Source: the human T2T-CHM13v2.0 reference genome, Homo sapiens. Taken from it: 64,000 bases of DNA. The position numbers were made by a program, and so were the translations under genes. The notes beneath the pieces are model-generated. The model saw only the letters and a list, made by a program, of their open reading frames with translations, was not told where the DNA came from and did no database searches. Position 1 is the first letter of the stretch; each line of letters opens with the position of its first letter. Below, one piece after another: positions 29,263 through 41,800 of the stretch. The stretch lies in NCBI RefSeq assembly GCF_009914755.1, contig NC_060933.1. One strand, given 5' to 3'.

Positions 29263-29309
29263 TTCCATTCCATTCCATTCCGTGTGCAATGGAATGGAAT
29301 GGAATGGAA
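29263..29309. other. Strand-inversion junction of the satellite array (19 bp perfect inverted repeat, 9 nt spacer)
   Basis: TTCCATTCCATTCCATTCC (29263-29281), spacer GTGTGCAAT (29282-29290), GGAATGGAATGGAATGGAA (29291-29309). No foreign sequence is inserted. Confidence 0.95.
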
Positions 29310-30180
29310 TGGAATGGAATGGAATGGGTTCAACTAGAATGGAATGGAATGGAATGGAATCAACCCGAGTGGAATGGCATGGAATGGAATGGAATGGAAT
29401 GGAATGGAAAGCAATGGAATGAAATGGAATGGAAGGGAATGGATTGAAATGGAATGGAATGGAATGGAATCAACCCGAGTGCAATGTAATGGAATTGAAT
29501 GGAATGGAATGGAATGCAATGGAATGAATTCAACCCGAATGGAATGGAAAGGAATGGAATAAACCCGAGTGGAATGGCATGGAATGGAGTGGAATGGAAT
29601 GGAATGGAATACTACGGAAGAGAATGGAATGGAACGAAATGGAATGGAATGGAATGGAATGGAATGGAATGGAATGAACAAGTGAGCAATTGAATGGAAT
29701 CGAATGGAATAGAATGGAATGGAATGGATTCAACTCGAATGGAATGGAAAGGAATGGAATCAACCCGAGTGGAATGGCATGGAATGGAATGGAATGGAAT
29801 GGAACGGAATGGAATGGAATCAACTCGATTGCAAAGGAATGTAATGGAATGGAATGGAACGGAATTAACGCAAATAGAATGGAATGGAAAGGAATGGAAC
29901 GGAATGGAATGGAAAGAAATGGAATGGAATCAATCTGAGTGCAGGGGAATGCAATGGAATGGAATGCAATGGAATGGAATGGAATGGAATGCAATGGAAT
30001 CACCTCGATTGCAATGGGATGGAATGGAATGGAATGGAATGGAAGGGAATGGAATGGAATGGAATTAACCTGAACAGAATGGAATGGAATGGTATGGAAT
30101 GGAATGGAATGGAATGGAATGGAATGCAATGGAATGGAATCAATCAACCCGAGTGCAATAGAATGCAGTGGAATGGAATG
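29281..30180 (-). repeat. Dispersed duplicate; partner at ~31699-32620 (offset ~2.42 kb)
   Basis: CGTGTGCAATGG...GGGTTCAACTAG, GGATTGAAATGG, TACTACGGAAGAG, AACGCAAATAG, CAATCTGAG and CACCTCGATT occur in the same order at both places. Confidence 0.85.
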
Positions 30181-30189
30181 GAATGGAAT

Positions 30190-31420
30190 GGAATGGAATG
30201 GAATGGAATGGAATGAAATGGAATGGCAGGGAATGGAATGGAATCAACCCGAGTGCAAAGGAATGGAATGGAATGGAATGGAATGGAATGGATTCAACCC
30301 GAATGGAATGGAAAGGAATGGAATAAACCTGAGTGGAATCGCATGGAATGGAATGGAATGGAATGGAATGGAATGGTACGGAATAGAATGGAATGGAAAG
30401 TAATGGAATGGAATGGAATGGAATGGAATGGAATCAACCTGAGTGCAATGGAATGGAGTGGAATGGAATGTAATGGAATGGAAACAACCCGAATGTAATG
30501 GAATGTAATGGAGTGTAAGGGAATTGAATACAATCAATCCGAATGTAATGGAATGGAATGGAACGGAATGGAATGGAATGGAATGCAGTGGAATGGAATC
30601 AAACCTAGTGCAATGGAATGGAATGGAATGGAATGGAATGAAATGGAATGGAATGGAATGGAATGGAATGGAATGGATTGGATTCAACCCAAATGGAATG
30701 GAAAGCAATGGAATCAACCCGAGTGGAATGGCATGGAATTGAATGGAATGGAATGGAATGGAATGGAATGGTACAGAATAGAATGGAATGGAATGAAATG
30801 GAATGGAATGGAATGGAATGGAATGGAATGGAACGGAATGGAATGGAATCAACTCGATTGCAATGGAATGTAATGTAATGGAATGGAATGGAATTAACGC
30901 GAATAGAATGGAATGGAATGTAATGGAACGGAATGGAATGGAATGGGATGGAATGGAATCAATCTGAGTGCAGGGGAATGGAATGGAATGGAATGCAATG
31001 GAATGGAATGGAATGGAATGGAATGCAATGGAATCAACTAGATTGCAATGGGATGGAATGGAATGGAATGGAATGGAAGGGAATGGAATGGAATGGAATT
31101 AACCTGAACAGAATGGAATGGAATGGAATGGAACGGAATGGAAGGGAATGGAATGGAATGGAATTAAGCTGAAGAGAATGGAATGGAATGGAATGGAACG
31201 GAATGGAATGGAATGGAATGGAATGGAATGCAATGGAATGGGATCAACCCGAGTGCAGGGGAATGGAATGGAATGGAATGCAATGGAATGGAATCAATCA
31301 ACCCGAGTGCAATAGAATGCAGTGGAATGGAATGGAATGGAATGGAAAGTACCCGAATGGAAAGGAATGTAATGGAGTGTAAGGGAATTAAAAAGAATCA
31401 ATCCGAATGTAATGGAATGG
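30190..31420 (-). repeat. Dispersed duplicate; partner at ~37010-38250 (offset ~6.8 kb)
   Basis: TGGCAGGG, TAAACCTGAG, CAAACCTAGTG, GGTACAGAATA, CAACTAGATTG, GGGATCAAC and AAAGTACCCG appear in the same order. ORF ends 30533 and 37355 differ by 6822. Confidence 0.8.
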
Positions 31421-34400
31421 AAGGGAACGGAATGGAATGGAATGGAATGGAATGGAATGGAATGGAATGGAATGAAATGGAATGGCATGGAATGGAATGG
31501 AATCAACCTGAGTTCAATGGAATGGAATGGAATGGAATGGAATGGATTCAACCCGAATGGAATGGAAAGGAATGGAATAAACCCGAGTGAAATGGCATGG
31601 AAGGGAAAGGAATGGAATGGAATGGTAAGGAATAGAATGGAATGGAACGAAATGGAATGGAATGGAATGGAATGGAATGGAATGGAATGGAATGAACCCG
31701 TGTGCAATGGAATGGAATGGAATGGAATGGAATGGAATGGGTTCAACTAGAATGGAATGGAAAGGAATGGAATCAACCCGAGTGGAATGGCATGGAATGG
31801 AATGGAAAGGAATGGAATGGAATGGAATGGAATGGAATGGAATGGAATGAAATGGAATGGAAGGGAATGGATTGAAATGGAATGGAATGGAATGGAATCA
31901 ACCCGAGTGCAATGTAATGGAATTGAATGGAATGGAATGGAATGGAATGGAATGAATTCAACCCGAATGGAATGGAAAGGAATGGAATAAACCCGAGTGG
32001 AATGGCATGGAATGGATTGGAATGGAATGGAATGGAATACTACGGAAGAGAATGGAATGGAACGAAATGGAATGGAATGTAATGGAATGGAATGGAATGA
32101 ACACGTGAGCAATGGAATGGAATCGAATGGAATGGAATGGAATGGAATGGATTCAACTCGAATGGAATGGAAAGGAATGGAATCAACCCGAGTGGAATGG
32201 CATGGAATGGAATGGAATGGAATGGAATGGAACGGAATGGAATGGAATCAACTCGATTGCAAAGGAATGTAATGGAATGGAATGGAACGGAATTAACGCA
32301 AATAGAATGGAATGGAAAGGAATGGAAAGGAATGGAATGGAAAGGAATGGAATGGAATCAATCTGAGTGCAGGGGAATGGAATGGAATGGAGTGCAATGG
32401 AATGGAAAGGAATGGAATGCAATGGAATCACCTCGATTGCAATGGGATGGAATGGAATGGAATGGAATGGAAGGGAATGGAATGGAATGGAATTAACCTG
32501 AACAGAATGGAATGGAATGGTATGGAATGGAATGGAATGGAATGGAATGGAATGCAATGGAATGGAATCAATCAACGCGAGTGCAATAGAATGCAGTGGA
32601 ATGGAATGGAATGGAATGGAAAGTACCCGAATGGAATGGAATGGAATGGAGTGTAAGGGAATTAAAAAGAATCAATCCGAATGTAATGGAATGGAATTGA
32701 AAGGAAAGGAATGGAATGGAATGGAATGGAATGGAATGGAATGGAATGGAATGAAATGGAATGCCATAGAATGGAATGGAATCAACCCGAGCGCAATGGA
32801 ATGGAATGGAATGGAATGGAATGGAATGGAATGGATTCAACCCGAATGGAATGGAAAGGAATGGAATAAACCCGAGTGAAATGGCATGGAAGGGAATGGA
32901 ATGGAATGGAATGGTACGGAGTAGAATGGAATGGAACGAAATGGAATGGAATGGAATGGAATGGAATGGAATGGAATGGAATGGAATGAACCCGTGAGCA
33001 ATGGAATGGAATGGAATGGAATGGAATGGAATGGAATGGGTTCAATTCGAATGTAATGGAAAGGAATGGAATCAACCCGAGTGCAATGGCATGGAATGGA
33101 ATGGAATGGAATGGAATGGAATGGAATGGAATGGAATGGATTCAACCCAAATGGAATGGAAAGGAATGGAATAAACCCGAGTGGAATGGCATGGAATGGA
33201 GTGGAATGGAATGGAATGGAATGGAATGGAATGGAATGGAATTAACCCTAATAGAATGGAATGGAATCGAATGGAATGGAATAGAAGGGAATGGAATGGA
33301 ATGGAATGGAATGGAATTAACCCGAATAGAATGGAATGGAATGGAATGGAATGGAATGGAATGGAATGGAATCAACTCGATTTCAATGGAATGGAATGGA
33401 ATGGAATGGAATGGAAGGGAATGGAATGGAATGGAATGAAATTAACCTGAATAGAATGGAATGGAATGGAATGGAATGGAATGGAATGGAATAGAATGTA
33501 ATCCAACCGAGTGCAGGGGAATGGAATGGAATGGAATGCAATGGAATGGAATCATACGGAATGGAATGGAATGGAATGGAATGCAATGGAATGGAATGGA
33601 ATCAACCCGATTGCAATGGAATGGAGTGGAATGGAATGTAATGGAATGGAAACAACCCGAATGGAATGGAATGGAAAGGAATCGAATGGAATCAACCTGA
33701 GTGCAGGGGAATGGAATGGAATGGAATGCAATGGAAAGGAATGGAATGGAATGCAATGGAATGTAATGGAATGGAATGCAATGGAATCAACCCGAGTGCA
33801 ATGTAATGGAATCGAATGGAATGGAATGGAATGGAATGGATTCAACCCGAATGGAATGGAAAGGAATGGAATAAACCCGAGTGGAATGGCATGGAGTGGA
33901 GTGGAATGGAATGGAATGGAATGGAATGGAATGCTACCGAATAGAATGGAATGGAACGAAATGGAGTAGAATGGAATGGAATGGAATGCAATCAACCCGA
34001 GTGCAATGGAATGGAGTGGAATGGATTGGAATGGAATGGAAACAACCTGAATGGAATGGAATGAAATGGAGTGTAAGGGAATTGAATACAATCAAACCGA
34101 ATGTAATGGAATGGAATGGAACGGAATGGAATGGAATGGAATGGAATGGAATGCAGTGGAATGGAATCAAACCTAGTGCAATGGAATGGAATGGAATGGA
34201 ATGGAATGGAATGGAATGGAATCAATTCGATTGCAATGGAATGGAATTGAATGGAATGGAATGGAATGGAATGGGTTCAACTCGAATGGAATGGAAAGGA
34301 ATGGAATCAACCCGAGTGGAATGGCATGGAATGGAATGCAATGGAATGGAATGGAATGGAATGGAATGCAATGGAATGGAATGGAATGCAATGGAATCAA

Positions 34401-37400
34401 CCCGAGTGCTATGTAATGGAATTGAATGGAAAGGAATGGAATGGAATGGAATGGATTCAACCCGAATGGAATGGAAAGGAATGGAATAAACCCGAGTGGA
34501 ATGGCATGGAATGGAGTGGAATGGAATGGAATGGAATGGAATGGAATGGTACGGAATAGAATGGAATGGAACGAAATGGAATGTAATGTAATGGAATGGA
34601 ATGGAATGGAATGAACCCGTGTGCAATGGAATGGAATGGAAAGGAATGGATTGGAATGGAATGAACCCGTGTGCAATGGAATGGAATGGAATGGAATGGA
34701 ATGGAATGGAATGGATTCAAGTCGAATGGAATGGAAAGGAATGGAATCAACCCGAGTGGAATGGCATGGAATGGAATGGAATGAAATGGAATGGAATGGA
34801 ATGGAATGGTACGGAATAGAACGGAATGAAACGAAATGGAATGGAATGGAATGGAATGGAATGGAATGGAATGGAATGGAAAGGAATGGAATGGAATCAA
34901 CCCGAGTGCAGGTGAATGGAATGGAATGGAAGGCAATGGAATGCAATCATCCGGAATTGAATGGAATGGAATGGAATGGAATGGAATCAACTCGATTGCA
35001 ATGGAATGTAATGGAATGGAATGGAATGGAATTAACCCTAATAGAATGGAATGGAATGGAATGGAAGGGAATGGAATGGAATGGAATGGAATGGAATTAA
35101 CCGGAATAGAATGCAATGGAATGGAATGGAATGGAATGGAATGGAATGGAATGAAATGGAATCAACTCGATTTCAATGGAATGGAATGGAATGGAATGGA
35201 ATGGAATGGAATGAAATTAACCTGAATAGAATGGAATGGAATGGAATGGAATGGAATGGAATGGAATGGAATGGAATGGAATGGAATGGAATAGAGTGGA
35301 ATGGAATGGAATGGAATAGAATGGAATCCACCCGAGTGCAGGGGAATGGAATGGAATGGAATGCAATGGAATGGAATCATACGGAATGGAATGGAATGGA
35401 AAGGAATGGAATCAACCCGATTGCAATGGAATGGAGTGGAATGGAATGGAATGGAATGGAAACAACACGAATGGAATGGAATGGAATGGAATGGAGTGTA
35501 AGGGAATTGAATAGAATCAATACGAATGTAATGGAATGGAATGGAACGGAATGGAATGCAATGGAATGGAATGGAATCCAATGGAATGGGTTCAACCCGA
35601 GTGCAATGGAATGGAATCGAAAGTAATGGAATGGAATGGAATGGATTCAACACGAATGGAATGGAAAGGAATGGAATCAACCCGAGTGGAATGGAATTTA
35701 ATGGAATGGAATGGAATGGAATGCAGTGAAATGGAATCAAACCTAGTGCAATGGAATGGAATGGAATGGAATGGAATGGCATGGAATGGATTAGATTCAA
35801 CCCAAATGGAATGGAAAGCAATGGAATCAACCCGAGTGGAATGGCATGGAATGGAAAGGAATGGAATGGAATGGAAAGGTACGGAATAGAATGTAATGGA
35901 ACGAAATGGAATGGAATGGGATGGAATGGAATGGAATGGAATGGAATGGAATAGAATGGAATCCACCCGATTACAGGGGAATGGAATGGAATGGAATGCA
36001 AAGGAATGGAATGGAATGGATTCAACCCGAATGGAATGGAAAGGAAAGGAATAATCCCGAGTGAAATGGCATGGAAGGGAATGGAATGGAATGGAACGGT
36101 ACGGAGTAGAATGGAATGGAATGAAATGGAATGGAATGGAATGGAATGGAATGAACCCGTGAGCAATGGAATGGAATGGAATGGAATGGAATGGAATTTG
36201 TTCAACTCGAATGGAATGGAAAGGAATGGAATCAACCCGAGTGGAATGGCATGGAATGGAATGGAATGGAATGGAATGGAATGGAATGGAATGGAATGGA
36301 TTCAACCCGAATGGAATGGAAAGGAATGGAATAAACCCGAGTGGAATGGCATGGAACGGAGTGGAATGGAATGGAATGGAAGGGAATGGTACGGAATAGA
36401 ATGGAATGGAACGAAATGGAATGGAATGGAACGGAATGGAATGGAATGGAATGGAAAGGAATGAACCCGTGTGCAATTGAATGGAATCGAATGGAATGGA
36501 ATGCAATGGAATGGGTTCAACTAGAATGGAATGGAAAGGAATGGAATCAACCCGAGTGGAATGGCATGGTATGGAATGGAATGGAATGGAATGGAATGGA
36601 AAGGTACGGAATAGAATGGAATGGAACGAAATGGAATGGAATGGAATGGAATGAATGGAATGGAATGGAATAGAATGGAATCCACCCGATTGCAGGGTAA
36701 TGGAATGGAACGGAATGCAATGGAATGGAATGGAATGGATTCAACCCCAATGGAATGGAAAGGAATGGAATCAACCCGAGTGGAATGGCATGGAATGGAA
36801 TGGAATGGAATGGAATAGTACGGAATAGAATGGAATGGAACGAAATGGAATGGAATGGAATCAACCTGAGTGCAATGGAATGGAGTGGAATGGAATGTAA
36901 TGGAACGGAAACAACCCGAATGGAATGGAATGTAATGGAGTTTAAGGGAATTGAATACAATCAATCCGAATGTAATGGAATGGAATGGAACGGAATGGAA
37001 TGGAATGGAATGGAATGGAATGGAATGGAATGAAATGGAATGGCAGGGAATGGAATGCAATCAACCCGAGTGCAAAGGAATGGAATGGAATGGAATGGAA
37101 GGGAATGGAATGGAATGGATTCAACCCGAACGGAATGGAAAGGAATGTAATAAACCTGAGTGGAATGGCATGGAATGGAATGGAATGGAATGGAATGGTA
37201 CGGAATAGAATGGAATGGAACGAAATGGAATGGAATGGAATGCAATGGAATGGAATCAACCTGAGTGCAATGGAATGGAGTGGAATGGAATGAAATGGAA
37301 TGGAAACAACCCGAATGGAATGGAATGTAATGGAGTGTAAGGGAATTGAATACAATCAATCCGAATGTAATGGATTGGAATGGAACGGAATGGAATGGAA

Positions 37401-38830
37401 TGAAATGCCGTGGAATGTAATCAAACCTAGTGCAATGGAATGGAATGGAATGGAATGGAATGGAATGGAATGGAATGGAATGGATTGGATTCAACCCAAA
37501 TGGAATGGAAAGCAATGGAATCAACCCGAGTGGAATGGCATGGAATGGAATGGAATGGAATGGAATGGAATGGAATGGAATGGTACAGAATAAAATGGAA
37601 TGGAACGAAATGGAATGGAATGGAATGGAATGGAACGGAATGGAATGGAATCAACTCGATTGCAATGGAATGTAATGGAATGGAATGGAATGGAATTAAC
37701 GCGAATAGAATGGAATGGAATGTAATGGAACGGAATGGAATGGAATGGGATGGAATGGAATCAATCTGAGTGCAGGTGAATGGAATGGAATGGAATGCAA
37801 TGGAATGGAATGGAATGGAATGGAATGCAATGGAATCAACTAGATTGAAATGGGATGGAATGGAACGGAATGGAATGGAAGGGAATGGAATGGAATGGAA
37901 TTAACCTGAACAGAATGGAATGGAATGGAATGAAACGGAATGGAAGGGAATGGAATGGAATGGAATTAACCTGAACAGAATGGAATGGAATGGAATGGAA
38001 CGGAATGGAATGGAATGGAATGGAATGGAATGGAATGGAATGGAATGGAATGCAATGAAATGGGATCAACCCGAGTGCAGGGGAATGGAATGGAATGGAA
38101 TGCAATGGAATGGAATCAATGAACCCGAGTGCAATAGAATGCAGTGGAATGGAATGGAATGGAATGGAAAGTACCCGAATGGAATGGAATGGAATGGAGT
38201 GTAAGGGAATTAAAAAAAATCAATCCGAATGTAATGGAATGGAATGGAACGGAATGGAATGGAATGGAATGGAATGGAATGGAATGGAATCAACTCGATT
38301 GCAATGGAATGGAATGGAATGGAATGGAATGGAATGGAATGGAATGGAATGGAATTAACCCGAATAGAATGGAATGGAATGGAATGGAATGGAATGGAAT
38401 GGAATGGAATGGAAGGGAATGGAATGTAATGGAATGGAATGGAATTAACCCGAATAGAATGGAATGGAACGGAAAGGAAGGGAATGGAATGGAATGTAAT
38501 CAACTCGAGTGCAGGGGAAAGCAATGCAATGGAATGAAATGGAATGGAGTCATACGGAATGGAAGGGAATGGAATGGAATCAACCAGAGTGCAATGGAAT
38601 GGAGTGGAATGGAATGGAATAGAATGGAAACAACACGAATGGAATAGAATGTATTGGAGTGTAAGGGAATTGAATAGAATCAATCCGAATGTAATTGAAT
38701 AGAACGGAAAGGAATGGAATGGAATGGAATGGAATGGAATGGAATGAAACGGAATGGCATGGAATGGAATGGAATCAACCCGAGTTCAATGGAATTGAAT
38801 GGAATGGAATGGAATCAACTCGATTGCAAT

Positions 38831-41800
38831 GGAATGGAATGGAATGGAATGGAATGGAATGGAATGGAATGGAATTAACCCTACTAGAATGGAATGGAAT
38901 GGAATGGAATGGAATAGAATGGAATGGAAGGGAATGGAATGGAATGGAATGGAATGGAATTAACCCGAATAGAATGGAATGGAATGGAATGGAATGGAAT
39001 GGAATGGAATGGAATGGAATGGAATGGAATCAACTCGATTTCAATGGAATGGAATGGAATGGAATGGAATGCAATGGAAGGGAATGGAATGGAATGGAAT
39101 GAAATTAACCCGAATAGAATGGAATGGAATGGAATGGAATGGAATGGAATGGAATGGAATACAATGGAATCCACCCGAGTGCAGGGGAATGGAATGGAAT
39201 GGAATGCAATGGAATGGAATCATACGGAATGGAATGGAATGGAATGGAATGCAATGGAATGGAATGGAATCAACCCGATTGCAATGGAATGGAGTGGAAT
39301 GGAATGGAATGGAATGGAAACAACCCGAATGGAATGGAATGTAATGGAGAGTAAGGGAATTGAATAGAATCAATACGAATGTAATGGAATGGAATGGAAC
39401 GGAATGGAATGCAATGGAATGGAATGGAATGCAATGGAATGGGATCAACCCGAGTGAAATGGAATGGAATCGAAAGGAATGGAATGGAATGGAATGGTTT
39501 CAACCCGAACGAAATGGAAAGGAATGGAATCAACCCGAGTGGAATGGAATGGAATGGAATGGAATAGAATGGAATGGAATGGGTTCAACTCGAATGGAAT
39601 GGAAAGGAATGGAATCAACCCGAGTGGAATGGCATGGAATGGAATGGAATGGAATGGAATGGAATGGAAGGGAATGGAATGGAATGGAATTAACCTGAAC
39701 AGAATGGAAGGGAATGGAATGGAACGGAACGGAACGGAATGGAATGGAATGGAATGGAATGGAATGCAATGGAATGGGATCAACCCGAGTACAGGGGAAT
39801 GGAATGCAATGGAATGCAATGAAATGGAATCATCCGGAATGGAATGGAATGGAATGGAATGCAATGGAATGGAATCAATCAACCCGAGTGCAATAGAATG
39901 CAGTGGAATGGAATGGAATGGTATGGAAACTACCCGAATGGAATAGAATGTAATGGAGTGTAAGGGAATTAAAAAGAATCAATCCGAATGTAATGGAATT
40001 GAATGGAACGGAATGGAATGGAATGGAATGGAATGGAATGGAATTAACCCGAATAGAATGAAAAGGAATGGAATGGAATGGAATGGAATGGAATGGAATG
40101 GAATGGAACGGAATAGAATGGAATGGAACGAAATGGAATGGAATGAAATGGAATGGAATGGAATGGAATGGAATGGAATGGAATGGAATCAACCCGAGTG
40201 CAATGGAATGGAGTGGAATGGAATGGAATGGAATGGAACAACCCGAATGGAATGGAATGTAATGGAGAGTAAGGGAGTTGAAAAGAATCAATCCGAATGT
40301 AATGGAATGGAATGGAACGGAATGGAATGGAATGGAATGGAATGGAATGGAATGCAATGGAAAGGAATCAACCCGAGTACAATGGAATGGAATGGAATGG
40401 AATGGAACGGAATGGAATGGAATGGAATGGAATGGAATGGAATCTTCCGTAATGGAATGGAATGGAATGGAATGGAATGCAATGGATTCAACTCGATTGC
40501 AATGGAATAGAATAGAATGGAATGGAATGGAATGGAATGGAATGGAATGGAATGGAATGGAATTAAACCGAATAGAATGGAATGGAATGGAATGGAATGG
40601 AACGGAACGGAACGGAACGGAACGGAGTGGAATGGAATGGAATGGAATTGTATGGAATGGAATGGAATGGTACGGAATAGAATGGAATGGAATGAATTGG
40701 AATGGAATGGAATGGAATGGAATGGAATGGAATGGAATGGAATGGAATCAACCCGAGTGCAATGGAATGGAGTGGAATGGAATGGAATGGAATGGAAAAA
40801 CCCGAATGGAATGGAATGTAATGGAGAGTAAGGGAGTTGAATAGAATCAATACGAATATAATGGAATGGAAAGGAATGGAATGGAATGGAATGGAATGGA
40901 ATGGAATGGAATGGAATGCAATGGAATGGAATCAACCAGAGTACTATGGAACGGAATGGAATGCAATGGAATGGAATGGAATGGAATGGAATGGAATGGA
41001 ATGGAATCAACCCGAGTGCAATGGAATGGAGAGGAATGGAATGGAATGGAATGGAAACTACCCGAATGGAATGGAATGTAATGGAGTGTAAGGGAATTGA
41101 ATAGAATCAATCCGAATGGAATGGAATGGAATGGAACGGAATGTAATGGAATGGAATGGAATGGAATCAACCCGAGTGCAGGGGAATGGAATGGAATGGA
41201 ATGCAATGGAATGGAATCATCCGGAATGGAATGGAATGGAATGCAATGGAATGGAATCAACCCGAGTAGAATGGAATGGAATGGAATGGAATGGAATGGA
41301 ATGGAATGGAATGGAATGGAATGTCTTCAAACCGAATGGAATGGAAAGGAATGTAATCAACACGAGTGGAATGGAATGGAATGGAATGGAATGGAATGGA
41401 ATGATACGGAATAGAATGGAATGGAACGAAATGGAATCGAATGGAATGGAATGGAATGGAATGGAATGGAATCGTTCCGAGTGGAATAGGAGGGAATGTA
41501 TTCGAGAGGAATGGAAAGGAATGGAATCAGCAGAGTGGAATGGAAGGGAATGGAATGGAATGGAAACTAATAGAATGGAATCAACCCGAGTGGAATGGAA
41601 TGGAAAGGACTACAATGGAATGGAATGGAATGGAATGGAATCAACTCGATTGTAATGGAATGGAATGGAATGGAATGGAATGGAATGGAATTAACCCGAA
41701 TACAATGGAATGGAATGGAATGGAATGGAATGGAGTGGAATGGAATGGAATCAACCCGAGTGCAGGGGAATGGAATGGAATGGAATGCAATGCAATGGAA

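Larger units (their letters stand above)
1..29281 (+). repeat. Human satellite 3 (HSat3/SatIII) array, left arm, C-rich (CATTC)n on + strand
   Basis: Continuous diverged CATTC pentamers with interspersed ACTCGGGTTG, ATTCGGGTTA and ATCGAGTTG modules. This is the classical satellite 3 signature; the dense CATTCGATTC/ATGATG pattern of HSat2 is not dominant. The array runs off the left edge of the window. Confidence 0.97.

Noticed and set aside
29263-29309. Strand switch as a sequencing fold-back or chimeric-read artefact
   Set aside because: An artefact would give an exact mirror image. The arms differ immediately beyond 19 bp and have different duplication histories. Read support should still be checked.
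29263-29309. Hairpin as an intrinsic terminator, pre-miRNA or HSE
   Set aside because: There is no U-tract or gene context, the stem is simply a consequence of the inversion, and the TTC-to-GAA spacing across the spacer does not fit an HSE.
30520-30545. GAATACAATCAATCC / GAATAGAATCAATCC as DUX4 sites
   Set aside because: They share AATCA but lack the TAA/TGA half-site at the spacing of the 11 bp consensus.
41467-41510. GGAATCGTTCCGAG as another HSE, and GGAGGG/CAGGGG as G-quadruplex seeds
   Set aside because: GAA and TTC are 3 nt apart rather than 2, and G-tracts of three or more are isolated rather than clustered in fours.
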